Below are positions 40,817-50,898 of a DNA stretch of 64,000 nucleotides, piece by piece. The DNA lies in contig VRVR01000011.1 of assembly GCA_009859145.1 (NCBI GenBank), forward strand, positions 312,756-376,755, read 5' to 3'. Within the stretch, counting starts at the first letter, position 1. Every line of letters starts with the position of its first letter. A program made the position numbers and the translations under genes. The notes beneath the pieces are model-generated. The model saw nothing but the letters and a program-made list of their open reading frames with translations. It was not told the origin of the DNA and made no database searches. Source of the DNA: Andalucia godoyi And28. Taxonomy: Eukaryota; Protista; Jakobida.

Positions 40817-41671
40817 TCAGGAAGTAGGAAGAACTGCTTTGGCAAACGCAGGAAGGACAAACGCAGCAGCGTGTTGTTCTGCAGAATAGTACTGTAGACC
40901 CGGAAGCTGCACTGTGCGAACGGGGATGCGTGGATCATGATTTGCAAAAAGAATAGCACCAATGTTTCCAGATGGATAGGAAGGAACTGCGATGTTTGCA
41001 TAGTGCACTTCCGAAAACAGTCTGCGTGCAGTGCCGACGACTTGGCGAATGAAGGACAAGTGCAGCCAAAGCGACTCGCCTTGGACGCAAATCAGGCCAC
41101 CGGCTCGCAATGCAGCCTTCAAAGACCCGTAAAATGCCTCCGAGTACAACGACGCACCCGGGCCCATTGGATCTGATGCATCCACAATAACCACGTCATA
41201 GTGGTTGCTCACAGTCTTTAGAAACTCTGCGCCGTCCCCAATTTTCACAGTGACGCGTGGATCCGAAAACCCACATGCAACCACAGGTAGAAACTCCTTT
41301 GCAGCCTCAATGACGCGCCCGTCAATTTCACACAGCGTGATCTCCTTCACGATCGCATGCTTGGACAGCTCGCGCAGACACCCGCCGTCTCCACCACCAA
41401 TGACAAGGACGCGTTCGGGATTCGGATGCGCGTGCATCGGAGTGTGAACCATCATTTCATGGTACGCAAACTCGTCCTTTTCCGTGCACTGGATGCATCC
41501 ATCCAGCACTAGCACCGTCCCAAACGCCGCCGTTCGGAACACCTGAATGTGCTGGAACGCAGACTGTATGTCCAGCAGCGTCTCGTCCACCGCAAACGAC
41601 AGCGCTTGCCCAGGCCACATCTCCGACACTTCAGAAAACCACATTTCCTTGCTGTTCTTCAATGCGTCCAT
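40817..41671 (-). CDS. SRM: Spermidine synthase
   Basis: WFSEVSEMWPGQALS, SAFQHI, GTVLVLDGCIQCTEKDEFAYHEM, VLVIGGGDGG, LCEID, IVDASDPMGP, VPSYPSG. Likely start at ATG 41671. Confidence 0.95.
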   Translation of the reverse strand: MDALKNSKEMWFSEVSEMWPGQALSFAVDETLLDIQSAFQHIQVFRTAAFGTVLVLDGCIQCTEKDEFAYHEMMVHTPMHAHPNPERVLVIGGGDGGCLRELSKHAIVKEITLCEIDGRVIEAAKEFLPVVACGFSDPRVTVKIGDGAEFLKTVSNHYDVVIVDASDPMGPGASLYSEAFYGSLKAALRAGGLICVQGESLWLHLSFIRQVVGTARRLFSEVHYANIAVPSYPSGNIGAILFANHDPRIPVRTVQLPGLQYYSAEQHAAAFVLPAFAKAVLPTS

Positions 41672-41949
41672 TTCCCACTCCTCAACTCCGTCTCTTCTTC
41701 CTCCTTCGCGTACGAAACACTCACTCTCCATTTCTTCAATTCGACAATATCTGCACTTTCCTTTTGGCATGCAGTGCACTACAGCAGGAAAAGTAGCGCG
41801 AAGAGCAGACTGCAGCGGTTGCATCAAGTTGAGTCAAGAGGATGGGAAGCTGCCGGATCTTTTTCGTTGTCTCCTTTATTCATGAGGCTTCGTTAACGGG
41901 AAGGATGTGTTTTGTGCATCGGAGTCATTGGTATCCGAGTGAGTGACCG

Positions 41950-42009
41950 CCGACCGACCGACCGACCGACCGACCGACCGACCGACCGACCGACCGACCG
42001 ACCGACCGA
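41950..42009. repeat. (CCGA)15 tetranucleotide tract
   Basis: 60 bp perfect tract flanked by GAGTGAGT on both sides, lying between divergent genes. Confidence 0.95.
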
Positions 42010-42015
42010 GTGAGT

Positions 42016-42453
42016 ATGGATTCATCGTCAGGACCGAGAAAGCGCAATCATGAGGAGATGTCGCGAGACGGGACGAGTGCTTTGACTACAATAGATTTAG
42101 GGTTTCGGGGACAGTCTGGGGCGTCGATGGACAGCACGCTGCTTGCAGAAGTGCAGCGGTTGTCGAAGCGCATTCGACAGTTGGAAACGGAGTTCACGAT
42201 GAAATTGGAAGAGATGGAATCGGAGTTCCTGAAGAGAGAGCAAATGTGGAAGAGCCACATCGAGAAGATCGAGGCGCAACTTGCGAGACAGCAGCTGCGG
42301 GCGCCACCGACACCCGGCTCGTCAGGGTCCGGTGTCGATGCTGGTTCCGGTGATGGAGATGGTTCCGGTGATGGAGATGGTTCCGGTGATGGAGACGGTG
42401 CCGGTGCCGGGTTGTCGGATGATGATCTTGGAGCATTTGAAAACGAAGACTGA
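42016..42453 (+). CDS. Small coiled-coil protein with basic N-terminal motif and (GSGDGD)3 acidic tail
   Basis: RKR motif; heptad-rich segment LLAEVQRLSKRIRQLE...IEAQL; 18-bp repeat x3 at 42343-42396. Confidence 0.65.
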   Translation: MDSSSGPRKRNHEEMSRDGTSALTTIDLGFRGQSGASMDSTLLAEVQRLSKRIRQLETEFTMKLEEMESEFLKREQMWKSHIEKIEAQLARQQLRAPPTPGSSGSGVDAGSGDGDGSGDGDGSGDGDGAGAGLSDDDLGAFENED

Positions 42454-42638
42454 GCGTACGTGTACATGTGTGTGAGAGAGAGGCAAAGTTAAGGAAAAAA
42501 CTAAAACAATAATAATAATGATGATGTACTACTGTATGTTGTAACATGAATATGAAACGCGAGTGGGTTCATTGAGACGGACCAATGAGGTACCACGGAC
42601 CGATGAAAAGAGAGGAGGGGAGAACAACGTAGTGATAG

Positions 42639-45600
42639 CTACGCTGGAGAAGGAGTGGACGGGTCATCTGTGGATCGTGCTCCGGTATGCACGTTCGGAG
42701 ACAAGCCGCTTTGTTCTTCTTTGGGGAAAAAGAGGACGCGTGCGCCCAAGAAGGTCCATCTTAGAAGATCACACTCGCGCTTCATGGAGCGAATTCTGGC
42801 GAGTGCCATTCTCTGAGTCTGCGCCTCGTCCTCTGATGACAAGGACGGTGAAACGGGATCAACAGCGGCTGACACATTGGAAGACGCGCTCAAAGATTGG
42901 TTCAACTGTGTCTCGAGAGAATCTGCATGTTGACTGAACGCATCGAACCAGTGAAGCGAGTCAAACGACTGGTCGAGATCAAGAACCCGCAGTACAAAGG
43001 CGACACCCAGAGCAAACCCATCCTCGGAAAACCCTTCTACAGACTGCTGATTCCACGCTGCATACTTGGACGCGGTCGCTGTCTTCATCAGCCGATCTTT
43101 GGCCGCTACCATTGACTCACAAAATGACAATGACAAGGCAGGGCAAATCATGGAAAAGAACTTGCAGTGCGCGTGGTCATCCTTTGAGAGTTCCGCTCGA
43201 AACACGCCCGTTAGTAAACCAAAGTAGTCTGTGGACCCACCGGAAAACTTGGACACAACATCCTTCAACATCAATTCCAGAATGCTCGCAGCCTTCTGAG
43301 TGGAATCAGAAAGCTCTCGCGAGTCTTCAACTAGATTCACATCCAGTTCACTCCGACTGCCCTGCTCCGACGACTCCTTGAAGAAAGATGTGGATCGGAG
43401 GAACTCCACAGGTTCAGCGAGTGCATGCTGTCCACCGGAACGCACCATTCTCACATATCCGATTGCGTTACCGATTTCTGTAATCAGGTCCCGGAACTTC
43501 TCCATGTACGGTCCAAGCTTGCGAATGTGCTTGAGCAATTTTTCCGCACGGCTGACAGAGAAACTTAACGACGAACTGGAGCTGACCGTCTTGCTCCTCG
43601 CATCAATCAGAGACTGTTGCCACGCACGTTGCTCCTTAACCAACGGCGATTTGATGTGATCGTCATACAGGAACTGTGAAAGTGCAAAGAATCTCTTTGC
43701 CAAAAAGCGGTATACAAAGTTCACTGCAGTGTTCATCATTCCTGCACCGTGCGTCCGCACCGAGTTGGCAATATGGGCAATCTGCACGGAATGCAAATAC
43801 TTGGCCTGCGTCTTGTGCGGACGCTGGAGAAATGACTGGGTATTCATGTTGTAAGCATAGGATGCGACGAACACGTGGATATTTCGGGTAATCTCCAAAA
43901 CATCGAGGCCTTGGTCGAGGGTAGCGCCCGGCAAAAACGGCGAGGGAAGGGAGAGACCATACTTGTCCTTTGCAAGAACCCTCATTTCTTCGTACGTGGC
44001 CCAGTCATGCGGACAAAGAGCAGTCAGCCGATAGAACGTGACAGTCAAATAAGCACTGATCCGAGCAGCAAGGTGATACACATCTGGAATTGCAGCGCAC
44101 TGAACCTTCGTCAACGCCCAACCGCCCTGCGCCTTCGATAGCTCAAAATTCAACTTCCCAAAAGTACCAAAAGGTGGCAACCGGACCCACCGGGAAAAGT
44201 CTCGATGTGGAACCGCAAGCGGGGCATGCTGCTGCCCGAGAACAACAGCATGCGTATGCAATCGGAGATCATTCTCAATTCCCTTACTGAGAAAATCAGC
44301 CACAGTCGACTCAAAATCGCACATGACATCTTTCCTGAACAGAAGGCGAGCATAAAGAGCCGGCGAATCCCGCAACAAGATGTCGAAAATTTGGTGCACA
44401 GCAATTGCATCTGCATGGACAGCTTCCACAGCCTCATTATTCCCGGCGATTGCTGGTAGAAGGTCATCAATGGAGACCGTGCGCTGGGCGGTGGCCACCA
44501 AGGAGCTGTCTGTCGGATGAGAAAGCGCTTCAGATGCGCACTCCCAAATCACGTCAGCATGCTTCAAAGCGGCAAACACATAAGGAACTCTTCGAGACAG
44601 CTGTGGACGATCTCGCAACATTTCCCAATAGACGGGGCAGAAATCGCGAGCACTGTGATAGAAAAATCCGGTAGAACAGCTCCACGACAAGAATCGGCCG
44701 CAAAAGGAATAGAATGAAAGTGACTTGCACAGTGTCTCAACCAGCGGCAGCAACTCAGAAGCGGGGATGGTGACATTCGTCTCAGGGCCGTCCGATCTTC
44801 GCGCAAACATTCTCAGCAACGATTGCGACCAATTCTGGTACGGAGGCACAACTTTTCCGTCCTTCGCCACCGCAGCCACAGAAAAATCCTTGTTATACGC
44901 TTTCGGATCCAGTAAGTGAACCAGCAAAGAGCCCTCGAACGCCAAGAAGCCGCGTTCGGTCTTGGCCATCCGACCAAGAGCAGGGACCAGAGACTCTGAA
45001 GCTTTCGATTTGTAGTGAAATCCAGAAAGATCCACAACCCAAGACGAAATAGTATCAAACGCAAACGAAGCCAGGCGTTTTGATATCCGGGGAGAAGACC
45101 GTTGCAAAGAAATCTGAATCGTGGACATCATTTCAATGCATCGCATCAAAAGCAAGACGGCTGATTTCGTAAGAGGAATATCAAGCGCAGTGTGGAGACC
45201 CGTAATAGTTCGGAAAACATGCGACAGTACATTGCAAAAGGAAATGCATTCCGTAACAATACTCAAATCCTTTGACAGTAAAGTGTCTCTGTCCAACCGG
45301 ATAAGCATTTTTGCGTGTTCCAAAAACGCAGAATGAACAACTTTGTCGAGATGCTGGTCCATAAGAGAGACGGACTGCCGAATCAACAGATCCTCCTCCT
45401 TTTCCTCGAAAGGCGTCGATACCACAGCCTTGAAAACGTTTGGCAGGTACCTTTTCACAAAGCGAATCGGAAAGAACAGAACTGCATTTGAAGGACAGAG
45501 TGGGACAACGGGAATTGCAGGAATGAGAGCGGAGAAAAACGGAAACGCCGAGGCTAAGGAAAGGCAAAAGCTGGGGACAGAGACATTCTTCATCGAAATA

Positions 45601-46841
45601 TTCGTGACGCAATCCCAAACAGCTTTAAGAGTCTTTCGGGCATCGTCGTCATCTTTTCCGCCATTCATATAAACGTACACAACCAGCAATGACGTCAAAG
45701 CCGGCACACGGTCGTGGACATACTGAGAAAGGGGCCAGTTGAGTAACACTGGATTGAATGACGATGCGGACGAATAAACAGCATTTGGATCTGCGGCCAC
45801 GAAAGACGAAGCAAGCCGAGTGAGCGCAGTTCCAAAACTATCCATGAACGCTTTGGATTGCGACTTCATAAAAAACCCCGGTTCAAGGACCCTCGCAAAG
45901 ACAGAGGTGTTCGGAGCCAGCAGATCTGCTTCCAACACTTCCAACGCTCGCTCCGTTCTACCAATTTGTTCGGCGTCAGAACCGAACTTGTCTGGGGTCT
46001 GCCTGACGGTTCGCAGCATTTTCTTGAACGCCAAAAGCGCTTGGGGGAGCGTCACTCGACCGTCATCGAAGGATGGATCCGATGGGACGAGATGCACAAG
46101 CAGCAAATCAAGCTCAACTAGAAGCGTAAGCACAAACCCGAGCGAAGCAAACACAGAAGAAAAGTGCGACTTCGACTTGTCGATAATGTTCTTGAAAGCG
46201 AGGTCGCTGGTGTGGAACAGCCCCTGGAGCTGCGACATCATGTTTTGTGCGACATCTTGGCAGCGTCCCTTGAAAGACCAGACGCGTTGCAGCGTTCCGA
46301 TGATGCGAGAAAATATCGTCGGAAGCGTAACAGCTTCGGGCAACGGAGCCGCCGTGCTATCGGAAGCGAACGACGTGTGGGGAGAGGTAGCAGCATTCTG
46401 CAGCAGCTCGTCAATGAGCCCAAGCGCAGGAAACAGATTTTCATGTGCCAGAGTCTGCAGATCAAGGACCTCCTTTTGGAGACCCGAGAGCGTCCACAGC
46501 ACTTTATCCACAGTGAGATTTCCGGTGTTTAGGAAAATGGAAAGACACTCATCCATGGGAACGGATCCAGCAGCAGATGAGAACGAATCGATGGAAATGA
46601 GGTCGAAAGGCGCAGTTGCTCTCCCGGAAAGCAAGCCTTTTGGAGCCCAGTCCTCGCTGTGCGCAGTAGCCAAAGACGCGTCCAATGCAGATTCAATGTC
46701 TCGAAGCTGATACCCAAAATCCATAAGATGTCTTCGCAGCTTTTCGAGCTGGATCTCCGCAGGAGACCCATCCACATCCCCGGCAAAGCCGTCATATGTG
46801 TACGAGTCATCATCGTACGCAAACCTGCTCTTGTTGGACAT
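42639..46841 (-). CDS. WASHC4: WASH complex subunit 4 (SWIP/KIAA1033)
   Basis: IENDLRLHTH, LDQGLDVLEITRNIHVFVASYAYNMNTQ, HIANSVRTHGAGMMNTAVNF, SQFLYDDHIKS, EIGNAIGYVRMVRSGG, FSEDGFALGVAF. Likely start MSNKSRF at 46841. Confidence 0.92.
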   Translation of the reverse strand: MSNKSRFAYDDDSYTYDGFAGDVDGSPAEIQLEKLRRHLMDFGYQLRDIESALDASLATAHSEDWAPKGLLSGRATAPFDLISIDSFSSAAGSVPMDECLSIFLNTGNLTVDKVLWTLSGLQKEVLDLQTLAHENLFPALGLIDELLQNAATSPHTSFASDSTAAPLPEAVTLPTIFSRIIGTLQRVWSFKGRCQDVAQNMMSQLQGLFHTSDLAFKNIIDKSKSHFSSVFASLGFVLTLLVELDLLLVHLVPSDPSFDDGRVTLPQALLAFKKMLRTVRQTPDKFGSDAEQIGRTERALEVLEADLLAPNTSVFARVLEPGFFMKSQSKAFMDSFGTALTRLASSFVAADPNAVYSSASSFNPVLLNWPLSQYVHDRVPALTSLLVVYVYMNGGKDDDDARKTLKAVWDCVTNISMKNVSVPSFCLSLASAFPFFSALIPAIPVVPLCPSNAVLFFPIRFVKRYLPNVFKAVVSTPFEEKEEDLLIRQSVSLMDQHLDKVVHSAFLEHAKMLIRLDRDTLLSKDLSIVTECISFCNVLSHVFRTITGLHTALDIPLTKSAVLLLMRCIEMMSTIQISLQRSSPRISKRLASFAFDTISSWVVDLSGFHYKSKASESLVPALGRMAKTERGFLAFEGSLLVHLLDPKAYNKDFSVAAVAKDGKVVPPYQNWSQSLLRMFARRSDGPETNVTIPASELLPLVETLCKSLSFYSFCGRFLSWSCSTGFFYHSARDFCPVYWEMLRDRPQLSRRVPYVFAALKHADVIWECASEALSHPTDSSLVATAQRTVSIDDLLPAIAGNNEAVEAVHADAIAVHQIFDILLRDSPALYARLLFRKDVMCDFESTVADFLSKGIENDLRLHTHAVVLGQQHAPLAVPHRDFSRWVRLPPFGTFGKLNFELSKAQGGWALTKVQCAAIPDVYHLAARISAYLTVTFYRLTALCPHDWATYEEMRVLAKDKYGLSLPSPFLPGATLDQGLDVLEITRNIHVFVASYAYNMNTQSFLQRPHKTQAKYLHSVQIAHIANSVRTHGAGMMNTAVNFVYRFLAKRFFALSQFLYDDHIKSPLVKEQRAWQQSLIDARSKTVSSSSSLSFSVSRAEKLLKHIRKLGPYMEKFRDLITEIGNAIGYVRMVRSGGQHALAEPVEFLRSTSFFKESSEQGSRSELDVNLVEDSRELSDSTQKAASILELMLKDVVSKFSGGSTDYFGLLTGVFRAELSKDDHAHCKFFSMICPALSLSFCESMVAAKDRLMKTATASKYAAWNQQSVEGFSEDGFALGVAFVLRVLDLDQSFDSLHWFDAFSQHADSLETQLNQSLSASSNVSAAVDPVSPSLSSEDEAQTQRMALARIRSMKRECDLLRWTFLGARVLFFPKEEQSGLSPNVHTGARSTDDPSTPSPA

Positions 46842-46876
46842 GCTGATAGCGACGCAGGAGAGCCGTGAAAACACAA

Positions 46877-46907
<31 letters not shown>

Positions 46908-47366
46908 TCACTCACACTCACTCACTCACTCACTCACTCACTCACACTCACACACAAAAAAAGAAGAAGAAGAAAAGAAAGGAAAAGACCCAACCAACCC
47001 AAATAGATAATCAACCAAACAAATATTTAATAAATGAAGCTGAAGGAAAAAAATATAAAGGAAAAAGTAAGAAGCAATGACAGTGTCAGTGCGGATTTTC
47101 CTTTGGTTTGCGGGTCTTTTTGGCAGCAGGCGCTGACACCTGAGCTGTCAGAGGCACTGTCATGATGACAAATGCCTCAGGTTCCCTCAAGTGGGGTGTT
47201 TTCGCATATTTGCCTCCTTTCTCTTTTTTTGTTTTTGTTTTTGTTTTGCTGGCTTCTCTTACACTATTTATTGTTATTGTTATTGCTTTTATTATTATTA
47301 TATTGATTCTTGCGCGGGTCCACGGGTGATACAAACGTTGAGCGTGTCAAAGAGTGTTAGTTCAAC

Positions 47367-47696
47367 ATGTTGTTCTGTCCAACGTGTGCCAACATGCTCT
47401 TTATTGAGCAAAACAGCGACATGTCGTACCGCTTTTTCTGTCGGACATGTCCTTACATATGCAGCGTATCGTCGAAAGTCTCGCTTCCTATTGCGCTTGA
47501 GAAGAAGGCTGTGGACGATGTTCTCGGAGGTGACCAGGCGTGGGAGAACGTAGACCAGATCGACGCTCTCTGTCCAAAATGCTCTAACACTCGAGCCTAC
47601 TTCATGATGATGCAGCTGCGATCTGCCGATGAACCAATGACGACATTCTTTAAATGCACGAATTCTGCGTGCCAAGCTCGGTGGAAAGAAGGATAG
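47367..47696 (+). CDS. POLR3K: RNA polymerase III subunit C11 (RPC10/RPC11)
   Basis: MLFCPTCANML, FFCRTCPY, VDDVLGG..AWENVD, CPKC..RAYFMMMQLRSADEPMTTFFKC. Confidence 0.95.
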   Translation: MLFCPTCANMLFIEQNSDMSYRFFCRTCPYICSVSSKVSLPIALEKKAVDDVLGGDQAWENVDQIDALCPKCSNTRAYFMMMQLRSADEPMTTFFKCTNSACQARWKEG

Positions 47697-48546
47697 AACC
47701 TCACCAACAGACGTATTCTCAGTATTGTTTATTTATCTGTTAATTCATTAATTTTATAATAGTCCGTTGTAATCATCGTCATTGGTGTATCGATCTTGAT
47801 GTGCCTTCTGTCTCAACAGCCCCCATGGTTGCTGTTCGTGAGTCGTGTCCATCGCACTATATTACGTCCCAGTAAGAAGGTCTGCAGAATGGGATCGAAT
47901 TTAAGGCTGTCTTCATGGGTGGGATCTTTTTAAATAGACGCTTGTACTCGTATCTATCAAATACCAATTGTCCTGATCTCATTAGTCGATGTTAAGTTCA
48001 CGTGCTTAATGGTCTGTCTCCTTTCTTTCGTTTGCAATGAAACGGCACCTCTGCATTCCTTTTACCTCGTCAGGACGGTCAATGGATGAGGGGGCGATGT
48101 TCGGAGTCACGATTCCGTATGCAATGTTATTGACCAGTGCGTCCCTCTGGCTTGAAAACATCGTGCTTCTTTTTCCGTTCGTTCGTGCAAACCGGATGGG
48201 AAGAAAGCACTATGTTAGGTTTTTAAAAGCATTCCGTCAAGACGATGAAAAAAAAGCAACATAAAACACGACGAGAACAGTTCAAAAGTTTGCCAACGCT
48301 AACCGCTGCCACTTGTTGCGATATTGTATGATGAAGCAATCTAAATCGCACGCAAGCAACAAACACTGCCACGCGCCCATGCGCATGCGTTTGCTGTCTT
48401 AATCAACTCCGTCACACGATGTCCGATTCGTTTCGCCCCCATTTTGATCATGAAAGCTCTGTAAACACGCCGCCGCGTTGCATTCTCGCACAGCGACGCT
48501 CATTTCTTTATTTTTGTTTTTATTTTTATTGTCCATGCAACGCACC

Positions 48547-49015
48547 ATGTACGTCACGCCCGCAACGCTGCGCAAGACCCATGCCATCTCCACCGCCGCC
48601 GCCGGAACGATCCGCAGCATCCACGCCGGCTCCCATCGCATGCACTGCCTCGCAGACGTCGAACGCGCCATCAACACCTTGTGGCGACTAGGCAAAGTAA
48701 TATAGTAAACTGGTAACAACAGATTGTACGAGTCAAAGAAAAAACAAAATGAAAACAGCAAAGAAGCCATGCAAAGCCAGACCTTTACATGACACATCAC
48801 TTACCATCAACTGTTATGCACAGCAACCTTCGTTGCCCGCCACAACGGACAGCGCAGCGCCGAAAAACAGACGCAAAAGAGCCTGCGGCGAGAGCAGTGA
48901 AAGTGAAGATGCACCCGTCGACGAGCCAGAGATCAGCTCTGCGAAGGCGGCTCGGCGCGCATAGACGCTTGTCAAGCGCGACGAAAACCACGTTCCGCGA
49001 CCGTGTGGTAACTGT
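48547..49015 (+). mobile_element. Decayed IS607-type TnpA + Fanzor2 relic
   Basis: MYVTPATLRKTHAIST/AAAGTIRSIHAGSHRMHCLADVERAI resembles a MerR-like TnpA HTH with a short deletion. TFVARHNGQRSAE-NRRKR (48826-48880, one extra A) resembles a eukaryotic IS607 TnpA C-terminus. It overlaps RAVKVKMHPSTSQRSALRR (48891-48947) in another frame, which is 12/19 identical to the 28-kb motif. DENHVPRPCGNC follows at 48980-49015. Confidence 0.68.
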
Positions 49016-49856
49016 GATAAACAACTAGTTAGTGCAATAAAATGTAAAAGTCACCTACTTTTATTATACAAGAAATACATGACGAGAGAAACCAGTGCTT
49101 AAGTACAAACATACAAACAAACAAATCATACTCATAGATTCGATCAAATCAAATTACTACTCCTTTGATAAAGACAGCTTGGTGTTCGATTTGATGTGGA
49201 TGATTCGTCACACATAATCTTGAGATGCGAAATTATTGGGATGAATGCGACATGAAAATTTCGGTTTGAACTTGCGTTTCCAGTTTTACAAAGACCGATT
49301 GTTGGAGAAAAAGAATAAAAGACTTCCATAGCCAAAACGACGCGAGCGAATCCCTTCCAGTTTCTTTCATTTAGGTAAAAAGAACCGATCCTCTCTTCCC
49401 CCAGTTCCTTTGTCCATTCTCCTCGTTGCGTCTTCCCTTATTTTGTTTCATCCAATTTCAACGGGACCTTGAAAGCATACAGTACTTCTTTACATCCTTC
49501 AGTTTGAAATGGGGGGCATCTTGGGATGTTTTCTTGTTTGCCTCAGCACGTTCGAATAGCAGTTCTTGTGGATCCCATTTTGGTTTGTTGTTCAGATCTG
49601 GCCATTCGACATTTTTACATTATCTGAGTATTCGCAAGGAGCGAATGAACTCGAACGTCCAGAATAAGGAATATGGCTACAAAGCTGAACCAATGGCTCC
49701 AAATTTGGAAGCAGTTGAGAAACTCGGATCGGTTTTGAACGTTGACTTTTCTTTGCACGTTCCGGCACTTGAAAAAAAATTGACCCAAGACCTTGGACTG
49801 TATCGAAGAAAAATTCTTGAAAGTGATTATGATTTCTATCGTTTGCATTCCATCAC

Positions 49857-50763
49857 ATGGCGGGATACGAAGACTTCCTGCGGCACTCCGTTCTTGTCCA
49901 GTTTTATCCGGCTATCATCGATGTTTTTCGGAAGCGACGAGAATTCTTTTACACCGATGCCGCTTTTGCTCCCTATCTTCTTGATCCCCGGTTCAACACT
50001 CAATACTTGACGGGCGCCCAAAAAGCAAAAGCAGTCAACTTTCTCCAGGATCAGCTGGGGTCCAGGAGATCGAGATCAGTTGTACGAGTACTTAGCAAAT
50101 ACCCGCACCGACTGGAAAAAATTGTTGCGGAACCTGGCCACATCGAATCGGACAGCTTCTGATATGTGGGATATTGTGGCGACTACCGGCGCCGTTCCAC
50201 AACTCGCAAAAATTGCCAGCCGATTGATGTATGTGACGTGCAACTCCGCAGCGTCTGAACGAGTGTGGTCTAATTTCTCCTTGATTCCGCAATCGCTTGG
50301 CTGTGAACAAAGACGATCATGCTTGCTGTTCTGTATGCATGGTGGAACATGTAAGATCGTGAGAAAAGGAACGGCAGCGCTACAAGAACATCAACTTCAA
50401 TGTTCTCAGAGATTTTGTGGGCATCTTCAGCATCAACGACAGCGTTGCAGACGGAGACGATGAGGCCGACGACGACATCCTGCCAGTTTCATTTGCGGAC
50501 GAAGAAGAAGAACTTCATATTGGTCCACTTACAAGCATCACGATGGATGAAGAGGAGGACATTGCCATCGCAGGAAGTGGCTCTCATGCATAAACACTTC
50601 TTGTTACGTAAAAGTCAACCATGAGGATACTTAATGCGCGATTTCAACAATGTGCGCGTCGAGTGGGTGTCGGGTTCTAATTAGGGATCATTGTCGCAAC
50701 GGCTGCCCGACGACATTTGTCGACGGCCTGCCGACGCGTCGGCACCGTCGACTTCAAACCCTT
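49857..50763 (+). mobile_element. 5'-truncated, frameshifted hAT transposon relic
   Basis: IIDVFRKRREFFYTDAAFAPYLLDPRF; WDIV..VPQLAKIASRLMYVTCNSAASERVWSNF (hAT dimerisation domain); RNRL; acidic tail ending 50593. CGACG subterminal repeats at 50700-50752 and a TIR-like end TTCAAACCCT at 50753-50762. No matching left end found. Confidence 0.75.
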
Positions 50764-50898
50764 GCCCATTGCTCGTCGATAGTCCTTCGTGGCCTTTGCG
50801 ATCATAACCATGGTTATTATATTATTTTTGTTGTTGTTGTTGTTGTTGTTAGTTGTTGATTGCCTGAGTTTTGAAATTTTGTACGAAGAGCGCCGAAG

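Noticed and set aside
47078-47200. TPP riboswitch (GAACCUGA on the minus strand)
   Set aside because: The upstream CUGAGA motif and the downstream TPP elements are absent.
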